64,000 bases of DNA from Scenedesmus sp. PABB004. Lineage: Eukaryota. Below, in pieces: positions 25,854 through 38,104 of this stretch (positions are counted from its first letter, which is position 1; every line of letters begins with the position of its first letter). The notes under the pieces are model-generated. The model was not told where the DNA came from. It did no database searches and saw only the letters and a list, made by a program, of their open reading frames with translations. Made by a program: the position numbers and the translations under genes. Location: the NCBI GenBank assembly GCA_014905635.1, contig JABVCE010000023.1, positions 62,001-126,000 of the forward strand, read 5' to 3'.

Positions 25854-26290
25854 TCTGCGACGGACGCAGTAGCTACTTACTCACAGCGCCGATCAGTCAT
25901 AACGCCAGCAGCTCATTTCCCCCAGCGGCGGTGCTGCGGAGCGTGGCCGGCGAGTGCGGCGGCGGCGACGCGGGGCGCGAGGCGCGGCTGCTGCGAAGAT
26001 GCAGTTCGCACGGCTTTTCTTGGCACACTCATTCGACGCTGAGCGGGCAGCGCACCCACGCTGCTCCTCCCCCCTGCACAAGGGGGGCGCGGCGGGGCGG
26101 CACGAGGGGCGGCACACCCCTGTGGGACCGGGGGTCTCACTCACGCGTCCCAGAACGAGGAGGGGTGACGCACTGGGGTTTTCAAAGGTTTCCTAACGTC
26201 GAGCAGCACCGCCCACGACGCTGCAGCCGCGCCGGCGGTGCGCCGAAGGGCCTGGCGCGCAGCAGCCGTCGGGGGGCAGAGCAGCGCTGA

Positions 26291-26295
26291 TTACA
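26291..26295 (-). promoter_or_regulatory. Putative TGTAA polyadenylation signal of the PIP5K gene
   Basis: TTACA on + about 300 nt past the stop at 26600. Confidence 0.6.
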
Positions 26296-26599
26296 GCACG
26301 ACCGCGAGTTCAGTGACGCGTGGACCGGCCAGCGTCCCGCCGCGCGCTGGCCGCCGGCGCATGCTCGCAGCGCCCGGGCGCAGCCCCGCAGCCAGCCCCC
26401 TCGCCTCCCCGAGCGATCGCGCCGCGCGCGCGCGCGCAGCCGCCCCCCGCCGCCGCCCCGCCATCAAGGGGCGGGCCAGGGGGCCCGCCGCCGCGGCCGC
26501 CTGCCTCCACGCCGCCGCCGCTGGGTCACGCTGTCTGACTTAGACAGGGAGGACCGTCTCCTCCTTCAACTGAGAGACAGAAAGCGCTGGGCACCGTTC

Positions 26600-29500
26600 T
26601 CAGGCAGGGAAGACGGTCTCCATGAAGCGCGTGAAGCGCTGCGCGTAGTACCGCGGCGGCGCGGCGCTGATGGACGCCGCGGGCGCGGTGAGGCGCTTGG
26701 CGAGCACCTCAAGCTTCTTCGCGAGGCTGAAGCGGCGCAGCACGCCGACAAGGCCCAGGTACAACACCACGGGCTGCCCGCCCGGCGCGCCCTCGGCGCC
26801 CTCGGCGGCGGCGCCGGCGCGCTGCGAAGCGGCGAGGGGGCGGGCGGGAGGCGGGTGAGGCGGGGCGGCGGCGGGGCGGCAGGGCGCGGGGCGCGGGGCG
26901 CGGGGCGCGGGGCGCAGGGCGCGGCCGGCGCCGTACCGAGAGGGACGCGGCCATGGGCACGGCGACCGCAGGCACGGGCTGCCCCTGCGCCGCGCCCGCC
27001 GGCGGGGGCGCGCCGCCCGCCTCGTCGCTGTCGCGCCCCAGCGCGGGCTCGCCGCCGCCGCCGCGCTCCGCGCGCAGCGCCAGCAGCGCAGTTGGGGTGA
27101 GCCTGCGGCCAGGGCGGGGAGGGGCTGAGGCGGCGGCGGTGGCGCGGCCCCAAACGCGCGCTGCGGCGGCACGCCCCGGCCGCAGCGCCGACCCCGGCCG
27201 GCACACTCACAGCGACTGCGCCGCGGCCGCGCCGGCCCTGCCGCCCGACGGGGCGCCCAGCCCCGCCAGCAAGCGCGCGCGGCCCAGCTCCAGCAGCGCG
27301 CTCGCCAGCCGCTGCTCCAGGCCCAGAGCCGGCAGCGCCGCTTCGAGCCGCGCCACGGCGGCGGCCAGGTCTGCGGGCGGCGCGCGCGGCGGCGCGCGTC
27401 GGCCCCCGGGTCACGAGCCTCGCGCACGCGCGCACCCCACCCGCCGGCGCGCCCCGTGGCCGCCACCGGCGCACCCTGCTCCGTGGAGTGCCGCCGGAAG
27501 TTGCCGCCACCCGGCTGCGCCGCCGCCGCGGCCGCCGCGCCAGCGGCGCCGCCTTGGTGCACGCCGAGCAGCAGCGAGTAGTCCATGGCGCCGCACGACG
27601 CCAGCAGCTCGGCGTCGGCGCCCAGCTGCGCCACCAGCGCCGCGCCGGCGCCGCGGTCGAGGCGGAACGCGGTGTGCAGGTCGAGGTCCTTCAGCAGCGC
27701 CGCGCCGTCGGCCTGCGGCGCGCGCCGTGAGGGGAGGGGAGCGCGGCGAGCGCGCGCGCGTGCGCGACCGGCGCGGCGCCGGGGCCCGCATACCTCGGCC
27801 GCCTCGCTGCCCACGCTGCGCCCCGCAGTGGAGCCCTTGAGGTCGAAGCGCCGCTGCAGCGGCAGGCTGCCAAGCACGTTGGCCATCACAACGAACCGCA
27901 CCTGGCGGCGGCGGCGCGCCGCGCGGGCCGCGCCGGGCCGCTCAGCGCAGCGCCGCCGGCTCGCGCGCCGGCTCGCGGGCCGCGCCGGCTCGCCGGGCGC
28001 CGGCTGGCCCGCGCCGCGGCCGCCGCACCTTGCGCCCGCCCTTGCCCGGCGCGCCGACGCGGTGCAGGCCGTACACGCGCGGCAGCAGGCTGCCCGGGTG
28101 CTTGGCGATGTGCGCCGCGTACTGCGGCAGCATCTCCATGAGCAGCCGGGCCTCGGCGCGCGTCACAGACTTGACCAGCAGGCGCTGCGCGGCGCTGCCA
28201 AACAGCAGCGCGCCGGCGCGGCCGCCCGGCGGCGCGAGCAGGCGCAGCCCCGCGCCGCCGCAGAGCTCCGACACGTACGCCGCCTGCGCGAGGCCGCCGA
28301 CCTCACGCAGCATCCTGGGCACGCGCGCGCGGCGGCGGCGGCGGCGGCGGCGGGCGTGGCGGGCTGAGCTGGCAGCGTGCGCGGGCGCACGGGGGCGCGC
28401 GGGCCGCCGCCCGCGCGGGCGGGGTCGCCCGCCCCATGCCGCGCACCTGAACACCTCTGGCGCATAGTCTTTCCACACAAAGTCTGCCGCCGCGTGCACG
28501 GGCGTGACCTGGGTGCCGCCGCGCGGGAACGCCTGCGGGGGCGCGCGTGCGCGCGTGGGGCGCGGCGCGCGCGTCAGCGGCCCGGGAGGTTGGAGCGGGG
28601 GTGCTTCTGCGGGCGCACCCCGCCGGTCCGCCCGCCCTGCCTGGGTGTGCGTGGCGTCGTAGTCAGCCAGCTGCAGCGTCTCGTGGCTGGGCGGGTCCAG
28701 CGAGCGCGCCGTGACGGACCACCTGCGCGCCGCGGGCGCGCGCGCAGCGGGCGGCGGTGACCGCAGGGGCTCGCTCCCCGAGGCGTGCCCGGCCGGCCGC
28801 GGCGGCGCGCCCGCGCGGCGCCGCGCGGCGCGCCTGATGCCCAGCTGGAGCTGCACGGCGAGGTCAAACGCGCTGTGGCCGTTTACCACGACCTCTCCCA
28901 ACGGCATGACGAGCTGCGCCCGCGCCGCCTTGCCCGGCGGCCCGCCGTCGCCGCCGCTGCTCTGCCGCGGCGCGGGGCGGTTGGGCGCCTGGCTGAACGC
29001 GGCCGCGACCGCCGCCAGGCTGCGGCCCTTGAGGCTGTGCTGGTGCACCAGCTTGCCGTCCCGGTACTCCTGCGCGCGGCGGCGGCGGCCCGCGAGGCGC
29101 CGCACCGCGTGGGCCGGCCGGCGCGGGCGCGGCCGCCGCGGCGCCCCGCCCCGCTGCTGCCGCGGCGCCCTGCCGCGCTGCTGCGCCAGCGCCGCGCTGC
29201 TGCTGGCGCCGCACCTTGACGTAGACTGCGTCGCTCTGCAGCGCCGCCATCCCGGGCTGCTGCGCGTGCGCCGGCAGCTGCCGCGCCGACAGCTTGTCGA
29301 ACGAGCGGCCGCCCGGCCCGCCCAGCGCCTTGCCGGGCGCCGGCGAGTCGGGGCCGCCGGCCTCCCAGGCCTCCCCCGGCGCCGCGACCTCGGCCGCGGC
29401 CTCGTCGGGCAGCGCGGCCGCCGCCGCCGCCGCGTCGGCAAACGCGCTGCGCCCACCGAACGACGAGCCGGCGCCGGCGCCGGCGCCGGCGCCGGCGCCC

Positions 29501-30604
29501 GCGCCGCGGCTGCTGACGCTGCCGGCGTCGCCGCCGCCGCGCGGCGGCGCGCTGCTGGCGGGGCGGTACACGCCCAGTCCGTGCTTCTTGCCCGCGCGCC
29601 AGAAGCCGGAGTAGGTGGAGCCGTCGCGGAAGGTGAACACGCCGACGCCGTCCTCCTGCCCGTCCTGCGCGGTGCGGCGGCGGCGTGCGCGGCGTGCGCG
29701 GCGTCGCGGGGGCAGTGGCGCCGGCGCCGCGCGGCGCGGGCCGCCCCCGCCGCCCCGCCGCCGCGGCACGGGCCGCACCTTCCACTCGCCGTCGTAGCGC
29801 TCGCCCGTCTTCCACACAAACGTGCCCGCGCCGCTCATGCGCCCGCCCGCCCAGGCGCCGTCGTACTCGTTGAAGTCGACCCACACGTAGCGCCCGGGGC
29901 CGTGCGGCTTGCCGCGCGCCCAGGTGCCCTCGTAGACGTCCCCGTTCGCATACACCTTGCGCCCAAGGCCGGCCTTGAGGTCCGCCTGCCAGCCGCCCTG
30001 GTAGCGGCTGCCGTCGGGCGCCTCGAACGCGCCCACGCCGTGCATGCAGCCCTCGCGCCACTGGCCTGCGCGGCGCGGCCGCGCGCGGCGCGGCCTCGAC
30101 CGCGCCGCGCGGCGCCGCCGCCCGCGCGCGCGCTGCGCTGCGCGGCCGAGCGCCAGGCGCGCCGCGCACCCCGGTAGCTGGCGCCGCTGCTCCACAGGTA
30201 CTTGCCGCTGCCGTGCTTGGCGCCGGCCTGCGCACGGCGCCGGCCGGCGGCGGACCGGTGGTGATTGATGCAGGGGCGCGCCCGGGCGCGGCTGCCCGGC
30301 TGCCGGCCAGCGCGCGGCGCGCCCCGGCCGGCCGCGCGCCTTCCAGCCGCCCTCGTAGCAGCTGCCGTCTGCCCACTCATACTTGCCCTCGCCCTCGGGC
30401 TGCGTGCGGCGGCCGGGCGGGGCCCGGTGCGCGGTCAGGCGCCGCCCAGCGCGCGCGGCGCGACCGCACGCGTGCGCGCGCGCTGCTCGCCCTCCCACTC
30501 ACCAGGCCGTTGGCCCAGCCGCCGACGTACTTGTCGCCGTTGGCAAACTTGCGCTGCTTCACGCGCGGCGCCGCTGGCGGCGCCGCGCCGCCGGGCGCGG
30601 CCAT
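26600..30604 (-). CDS. MORN-repeat phosphatidylinositol-4-phosphate 5-kinase-like protein (plant subfamily B architecture), 14 exons
   Basis: About 8 MORN repeats (YVGGWANGLPEGEGKYEWADG..YEGTWARGKPHGPGRYVW), then LQLGIR, FVWKDYAPEVFR, LLVKSV, FVVMANV, RRFDLKGST, LKDLD, MDYSLLLGVH and ISAAPPRYYAQRF. GC donors at 30339, 28833 and 28640. Confidence 0.92.
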
Positions 30605-31174
30605 CGCGCGCGCGGCGCGCGCTGCTCAGCAGCCCGCGCCTGCCGGTGGGCGGGCGAGTGGCGGGAGTCGGGTCGGCGGGTGGCGGCCCGCCGGCACCGG
30701 GCTCGCCCGCGGCGTGCGGGCAAAGCTCGCAGCAGCGGCGCAGCCCGCGTCGGCCGCCGCGGTGCTCGCTGCGCCGCCAGCACGCGGCTGGCGATGCCCA
30801 CCACTCAGGTGCTCGGTGTCGGCATTGCGCCGCTGCGTGCCGCGGCCCCCAGCGCTCGGTGCGGGCCCGTGCGAGCGACGGTTGTGGAGCGGGTGGTTGC
30901 CGAGCTGCTGCCGAGCGCACGCCGGAGCGCGCTCCCCTGATCAATTAGGCCGCCGCGGAGCGCCGGGCGCGGCCGGCCGGCGGCGGCGCCGCGGTTGAGC
31001 GCTTGCGCCGCCGCGCCGCCGCGTGCCACCGCGCCTGCCGCGCCAATTCGCGGCCAGAGCGCCCTTTCCGTCCCATAAACCTGGTGTTCGGCGCCGCTGC
31101 GGACGGCTCCTGCGGAACGTGTGGCCCGCGCGCGCGACAGCAGCAGCGCCGACCTCCGACGACGCGCGGCGGCG

Positions 31175-31320
31175 CAGCCCCAGCTCGCGGGGGCGAGCCC
31201 CAGAGCTCACGAAATCGCACGTCCCAGCCCCAGCTCGTGGCGAGCCCCAGAGCTCACAAAGCTCGCGTCCCAGCCCCAGCTCGTGGCGAGCCCCAGAGCT
31301 CGCGTCCCAGCCCAGCCCCA
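31175..31320. repeat. Three imperfect ~45-bp tandem repeats (core CAGCCCCAGCTCG..GGCGAGCCCCAGAGCTC) upstream of the SDR start
   Basis: Copies begin near 31175, 31225 and 31271. Confidence 0.85.
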
Positions 31321-31332
31321 CCACCCGGAGCC

Positions 31333-32669
31333 ATGGCGGCGCCCGGGCCATACGTGACTGAGGGTCCCACCGGCGAGGTGGCGCAGTCGGGCCTGCTCCC
31401 ACACCTGCTCGGGCGGCCCGGCCCGAGCGGCTTTGGCAGCGCCACGACGGCGGACGAGGTCATCCCCGCCGACTGGCAGGGCAGCGGCAAGGTCGTCGTC
31501 ATCACCGGCTGCAACACCGGGCTCGGCAAGGAGGCTGCGCGCGCCTTGGCGGCGCGCGGCGCGGAGGTCGTGATGGCCGTCCGCGACCCGTCGCGCGGCG
31601 AGGCGGCGGCCGCGGACATCCGCGCCGCGCACCCGGGCGCCAAGCTGACCGTGATGGCGTGCGACCTGTCGAGCCTCGCGTCGGTCAAGGCCTTTGCCGC
31701 CGCGTACGCCGCGACCGGCCGGCCCATCCACGTGCTCATGCTCAACGCTGGTATCATGGCCTGCCCCTTCACGCTCACGACCGACGGCCACGAGGCGCGT
31801 GCCCGCGCGCGCCTCCGCGCCGCGCCCGCGCCCGCGCCGTCGCCGGCAGCGGCGCGCGCCGAGCCGCCCGCCCCGCGCCGCGCCGCCCTGCGCCGCGTCG
31901 CGCCCTGCTGCTGCTGCTCGCGGCGCGCAGATGCAGTTTGCGACGAACCACCTCGGCCACTTTGCGCTCGTGAAGCACCTCACGCCGGTGCTGCTCGCGG
32001 GCGCGGCGGCGGCGGGCGAGCCCGCGCGCGTCGTCGTGCTCAGCAGCGCCGCGCACTTCAACCCCGTTCGCAAGGAGCTCGGTGGGCCCATTAGGTGGGA
32101 CGCCATCGACAGCCCCGACGGCTACGACGTCTGGCAGGCCTACGTGAGCAGCTGCCCACACGCAGGCGGCGCCGCGCCGCGCTGCGGCATCAAAGGGGGG
32201 GGGGGAGGGGGGGGGGCAGCTCGGCGCAGCGCGGGGCCGCCGCGCGGGGGGTGCCCCGGGCGCCGAGCGGCCGCGTCGCCGCGCGTCACCGCAGGGCCAG
32301 TCCAAGCTCTGCAACGTGCTCTTCGCGCGCGAGCTCCACCGCCGCGTCACGGCGGCGGGGCAGCCGATCGTCGCGGTCGCGTGCCACCCCGGAGTGATCA
32401 TGACCGAGCTTGGCCGCCACTTTGAGAAGACGCTCCACCCCGCCGTGCGCAAGGTGCTCCAGTTTGCCCTGTCCTGGGCGTTCAAGAGCGTCCCGCAGGG
32501 CGCGGCGACGCAGGTCTTCCTCGCGACGCAGCCCAGCGTGGCCGCGCGCGGCGGGGAGTACTTCGCCGACTGCAACCTCATGCCCAGCACCGCCGCCAGC
32601 CACGACGGCGCGGCCGGCGCGCGGCTGTGGGAGCTGAGCGAGGCCATGCTCGCGGCCGCGGAGGCGTGA
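31333..32669 (+). CDS. Short-chain dehydrogenase/reductase, Tic32/retinol-dehydrogenase-like, 3 exons
   Basis: GPSGFGSATTADEV, TGCNTGLG (Rossmann), LNAGIMACP, DGHE|MQFATNHLGHF, Y|GQSK (YxxxK), HPGVIMTELGR and KSVPQGAAT. GC donor at 31795. Confidence 0.95.
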
Positions 32670-32920
32670 GCGGGCGTGAGGCGAGGGCTCGCGGCCGCGG
32701 CGTGAGGCGCAGCGCAGCGTCGCGACGGGTCAAACCTGAGTAAAGCCCGCGCGCGAGCCCGCGAGCCCCCTGTCGCTCGCCCGGCACGCTAGCGGCTCGA
32801 ATCGATCTGCTGCACGCTCGCGAGCGGGATCAGCGGCCTGCAGGGCCCGCCGCCGGCCGCGGCGCTGGCTGCTGCGCGTGCGCCGCGGGCAGCACGCAGG
32901 TCTGGCGCCGCCAACGCGCC

Positions 32921-35900
32921 ATGGAGCCGGCCGGCGTGCTCCGCCTGGCCGTGCTGGGCGTGCGGGCGCAGGTGCTTCAGCGCGCGGCCGCCGCCGCTCG
33001 CGCGCTGCCGGCGCCGCGCCCCGCGCTCACACGGCACCGGTCTGCCGCGCGCAGCGGCCGCGGCGCTACCACCTCGGCTTCCAGCTGACGCCACCGGGCG
33101 CCTCGCCGGCCGCGGCGCCGCACGCCGCCGGCGCGGCGCGCACGGAGACGGCTGCGCTGAGCGCCGCGCCCGACTTTGCAAGCCGCGCCTTCGTGCTGCC
33201 GCTGCCCGCGGCGCCAGATGGCGGCGCCGCCGGCCAGGGCTCGGCGCTCCTGGCGGTCGCGCTCTACGCGGCGCCGGCGCCGGACGAGCCGGCCGGCCCC
33301 GTCGTCGCCGGTTCGCGGCCGCTGCCCGCGCGCCGCGCCGGCGCTGACTGCTCGGCGGGCTGCTGAGGCGGCCGGCGCCGCCGCCGCCGCCGCCGCCGCG
33401 CCGCAGGGCGGGAGGTGGACCGCCTGGTCGCCTCTGGCGCCCTCGACCTGGGCGCGGGTGGGCTGCCGGCGCGCCTGGCCGCCGGCGAGCGCGTGGTGGT
33501 GCCGCTCGCGCTGTCGGACACCGGCACGCAGCAGCGCCAGCAGTCGCCGCTGCCCGCCGGCCTGGGCGGGCAGGCACGCCGCGCGCGCTGCGCGCTGCCG
33601 CAGGCGGCCGCCCGCGTCAGGCCGGCGTGCGCTGAGCCGCGCCCGCGCCGCGCCCACAGGCGGCGCAGCTGGAGAGCAGGCGCAGCGGCGCGGCTGGCAA
33701 CCTGTACAGCGGCGGCGCGGAGCCGCAGGTGGTGCTGGAGCTGATGCTGCTGGACGTGCAGGCGCCGGGCGCCGCCGGCAGCGGACCCGTGGAGCCTCAA
33801 TTGCGCGAGCACCCGGACGGCGCCGCGGACAGCGGCTGGGGTGACGTGGCGGCGGCAGCCGACGCAGCCGAGGCAGCCGAGGCGGCGGCGGCGGCAGCGA
33901 TGATAGCGGCGGCTGGGCCGTCGGTGGCGCTGTCTGTGCTGGTGTCTGCGGCGTCCAACCTGCCGCTGGTGCCCGGGTGCGCGGCGGCGCCGCAGCTCGG
34001 CGGCGCTCCACCCTGCCGTCTGACTGCTGGCTGCCCCCCGCGCCCCTCCAACATCCGCAGGCTCGCAGGCGGGGCGCCGGTGCCACCCGCAGCCTTCGTG
34101 CTGTTGAGCTCCCGCGCTGGCGGTAGCGGCGGCCAGGCGGCGTCGCGCGTGGCGCCGCCAGGCCAGAGCCCCGTCTGGAGCCAGCTGCTGGAGCTCGTGC
34201 TCGCGGAGCAGGAGCTGGCGCACGAGCGGCTGGCGGTGTCGGTGCTGCAGCAGGGCAGCCGGCGTGTGCTCGCGCAGGGCGGTGTGCCGCTAGCAGGGCT
34301 CATCCCGGGCCAGCCCTACAGCCTCGCGGTCGCGCTCTCTGGCGGAGCGGTGGTCCACCTCACGCTGGTGCTGGGCCTCGGCGCCAAGACGCAGCTCGAG
34401 GCGCTGCAGAGCGCCGGCGCGGCGGCCGCGGCGGCGGGCCCCGGCGGGCTGCGCCTCGCGCAGCTGCGGCTGACCGGCAGCCGGCGACCGCTGCGGGAGC
34501 TCGCGCCGCAGCAGGGCAGCGCCGCCGAGGTGTGGGCGGTGTGGCGCACCAGCCCCGGCGAGCCCAGCGCCGCGCCGGCGCGGCTGCACGCGCCGCTCGA
34601 CGGCCGCGTCGGCGCCGAGCACGGCGCGGCGGCGGCGCTGCGCGCCATCAACGGCCGCACGGGGCTGCTGTCGGCGTCGGTGTTTGGCGGCAGCGTTGAC
34701 GACGGCGACGACACCGTCGTCGCGGCGCTGCCGCTGCAGGCGCTGCAGCAGGGGGGCGCGGAGGCGCTGTGGCCGGACGAGCACGCGGTGCTGCTGCCAG
34801 TCTGGGGCAGCAGCCCGTGCGCGGCGACGCTGGACCTGGTGCTCCAAGCTTACCCCCAGGGCCCCAGCCCCGGCGGCGGCAACGGCGGCGCGCTGCCGCC
34901 GCCGGTGTGCTTTGCCTGCCTGCGCGTGCCGGCGGGGGTGCTGGCGGCGCAGCTGTCGGGGCGGCGCTGTGCTCTATCGGACCTGCCGCTGCAGCTGCAG
35001 CCGGCGGCGGCGCCGGGCGGCAGGGCGGTGGCCGGCAGCAGCGCCTCGCTCGACGCAGTGGCGTGGGACGTGTCCGCGTATCTGGGTCACCTGCGCCGCG
35101 CCGTGCAGCAGCAGGCAGAGGTGGCGGTCGTGGAGCAGGCAGCGCAGCAGGCAGCGCAGCAGGCAGCGCAGCAGGCAGCGCAGCAGGCGGCGCGCAGGCA
35201 GGGGGCCGGCCGGTCTGCACCGGCCCCAACGCCGCCGGCCAGGGCAGGGGCTCGGCAGCAGCGGCCGGCCGGCAGCGGCGCGCTGGCCACGCTGGTGACC
35301 GACGCACTCGCCCGGCAGCAGGCGCTGGAGCGCCTGCAGCGCGCCCTCGACGTGGCAGACAGCCGGCGTGACGCGGCGGCGTGCCGCGCGGGAGAGCTGC
35401 AGGAGCAGAACGGGTGCGGCGCCAGCGGCACTGGCGGCCGGCCTTCCGGCGAGCCGCCGCTGGGCTGCACGCGCTGACATGCGCCGCCGCCGCACTGCCA
35501 CCGCACGGCCGGCCGCAGCCGCCTCACGGCCGACCTGCAGCACCTGCGTCAGCTTCTGCACGACGAGAAGGAGGCGTCCGCCGCTGCGCTCGACGCCGGT
35601 GGCCTGCCCGCAGGTGCCAGCGGCGCGAGCCGCGAGGAGCTGCTGCAGTCGATGGGCGCCACCGCCGCTGCGCGCGCGCGAGAGCGTGCCAGAAACACGG
35701 AGCTCGTGCACCGCCTGCACCAGCTGCATGCGGAGCAGGTGCGTGCGGGGCTCGGGCGCAGCTGCGGCAAGCGCTGGCGGCGCGGGGGGTGGGACGCGCG
35801 CTGAGCCGCGCCCGGCGGCGGCTGCTGCGGCCGCCGCTGCCGCAGGTGGACGTGCTGGAGCTGCAGAAGCGCTACGCCGAGCTGCAGGAGGCGCACTACT

Positions 35901-37742
35901 TGCAGGTGTGGCAACATCAAGGGATGCCAGCGCCACGCAGCTGCCACCTCACACCTGCTCCCTCCCCACCCTGCCTCCGCAGAGCCAGCTGCTGGTGGAG
36001 CAGGAGGGCGCGGCGGCGGCCGTTGCCAGCCTCAAGGCGGCGCTCCGCGAGCAGCAGGGCGTCATCACTAAGCAGGAGCAGCTGCTGGGCGCAGCAGGTG
36101 CGCGCAAGGGGCCCCGTGTGCTGCCGGCCCGCCGAGCGCGCGCAGCCGCTGACCTGCCCCTCCGACTCCTTGCGGCCGCCCCTCCCCTCCCTGCCTGACA
36201 GCCGCGCGGTCGAAAGAGCTGGAGGGCTGGCGCAGCAGCGCCGAGGCGCTGCAGCTTGAGGTGGCACGGCTCAGGGAGGAGCTGGCACGCCTGGCCGGCG
36301 CGCGGCCCGCGGACGAGCTGGCGGAGCTCGCCAGCAGGGCAGCTGCAGTGCAGGCGGCGGCAGAGGCGGCGGCCGCGGCGGCGGCGGAGCGCGACAGCGC
36401 AGCGGCCGCTGCTGCGTCCGAGTGTGAGCGCGGCTGGCGCTGCTCTGGGGCGCGGCGCGGCCGCGGGCGGCGGCAGCGGGTGCGAGCCGCTGCTGCGGGC
36501 GCGCGCCTCAACGCCGCAGCCGCCGCCGCGCCGCCGGCAGTCGAGGCGGCGCTGGCGTCCAAGGAGTCGGAGCGGCTGGCGGCGCAGATGCGCTGCGACA
36601 GGGCGGAGGTCTCCGCCGCCGCGGCGCAGAACGAGCTGCTCGACATGACCAAGCGGTGCGGTGCAGGATCTCGCCAGACCTTGCGGGCTGGGGGGGGGGG
36701 GGGGCAGCGTGGTACGCCGGCGCGGTGAGGCCACAGCCAAAGGTCCGCCGCGCGCCGGTCCGCCGCCCGCGCGCGCAGGTTTGCGCGGGAGCTGGCGGCG
36801 CTCAAGACGCGGCTCGCGGAGAAGGACGCGCAGCTGCTGGGCGGCTTCGGCAGCCTTGCCAGCCTGTACCTGGGCGAGCTGCCGCCGCCAGCAGCGAGCC
36901 CCGGCCTGCACACGGCGAGCTGGGGCGCGTCGCCGGCGGGCTGGCGCGCCGCGGACGGCGCGCCCGGCGCCGGCTGGGAGGGAGGGCTCGCGCCCGGCGC
37001 GCCGGGCGACGGCGGCGGGGCGCTGCAGCTGGACGCCGGCCTGCTTGCGGCGGCACCGCCTGGTGCCCTGGTCGGCAGCCGACGGCCCAGCGCAGGCAGG
37101 GCGGGCTCGCCGAGGCTGCAGCCGTTGGCCGGCGGCGGCGGCGGCGGCGGTGCCGTCGGCGCTGCCGGGAGCCCCAAGCAGGCCCTGGCGGCAGGGCGCA
37201 TGCAGCAGCAGCAGGAGCAGGAGCAGGAGCAGCAGCAGGAGCAGCAGCAGCAGCCAAGCCGACCTGGCTCGGCCCTCGCCGCGCAGCGCACCAGCGCAGA
37301 CGGCAGCCGGCAGCTGAGCGGCGCCCGCGGCTGGCAGCGCCCGTCTGGCAGCGCCACGCCTCCTCCGGGCGGCGCGCGCAGCCCGGGGCCGCCGCAGGTG
37401 CTCAGCGGGGGTGCCCTCGCGACGCCGGCCGAGGCAGCCAGCCCCGGCGCCTGGCACGCCGCCGGCGCCAGCTCCGGCCGGCAGCCAGAGTGGCATCGCC
37501 CAGGCTCGGGGCCGCCGTCAGCGCGAGCCAGGGGCGAGGGGGTCGACTCAGAGGAGCTGCTGGCGGCCTGGCAGCAGCAGGTGCAGCCCCGGCCTTCGCT
37601 GACCGAAGGCCAGGGCCGGCTGGTGCCGTCATCGCAGCGGCCGACGCGCACGCCGCCGGGCCCGTCGCCGCAGCCGCAGCCGCCGCAGCCACCGCTCCCG
37701 GCCGTGCGCTCGGGCCTGCGCAAGTGGTTTGGCGGCGGCTGA
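32921..37742 (+). CDS. C2-domain/coiled-coil protein, CCDC33-like, about 11 exons
   Basis: C2-like segments (LSVLVSAASNLP..SRVAPPGQSPVWSQLLEL) and coiled coils (KRYAELQEAHYLQ, REQQGVITKQEQLL, ELLDMTKR|FARELAALKTRLAEKDAQL) are reminiscent of CCDC33. Family assignment is from recalled motifs only. Confidence 0.55.
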
Positions 37743-38104
37743 GAGGGGCGTGTGAAGGCGGCACGCCGCTGGTCCCGCCGCGGGGAGCTGCAAATCATCC
37801 AGCGCGAGCTCGGGAAATGCGGAACTTGATCGTTTCTGGCTCCATCGCTGCAGCAGAGCCTGGTACTCGCGCCGACTGGCCGCGCGACCAGCGGCCTCCC
37901 CGCAGCGTACCCCGACACCCCCCTGGCCCGCCCGCCCGCTCGCCATTCATTCCTTGACACCATCCCATCTGTTCCAGCCGCATGGCACGCGTCCGCGCTG
38001 ATCCAGCCAGCAGCGCGTAGAGGCAGGCTGGCGCGAGCCTGGCCGGCTCAGCCCGGGGCCGCAGTAGGCTGGCAGAGCCCGCCAGGCAGCTCGCACAGCA
38101 CCGC

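Noticed and set aside
25860..26220. Lower-GC patch between convergent genes as a possible snoRNA or tRNA
   Set aside because: No convincing box C/D, H/ACA or tRNA A/B-box structure by eye; compatible with 3' UTR sequence.
31175..31320. Repeat-spacer-like pattern resembling a mini CRISPR array
   Set aside because: Only three degenerate units with very short related spacers, a eukaryotic context and no cas genes.
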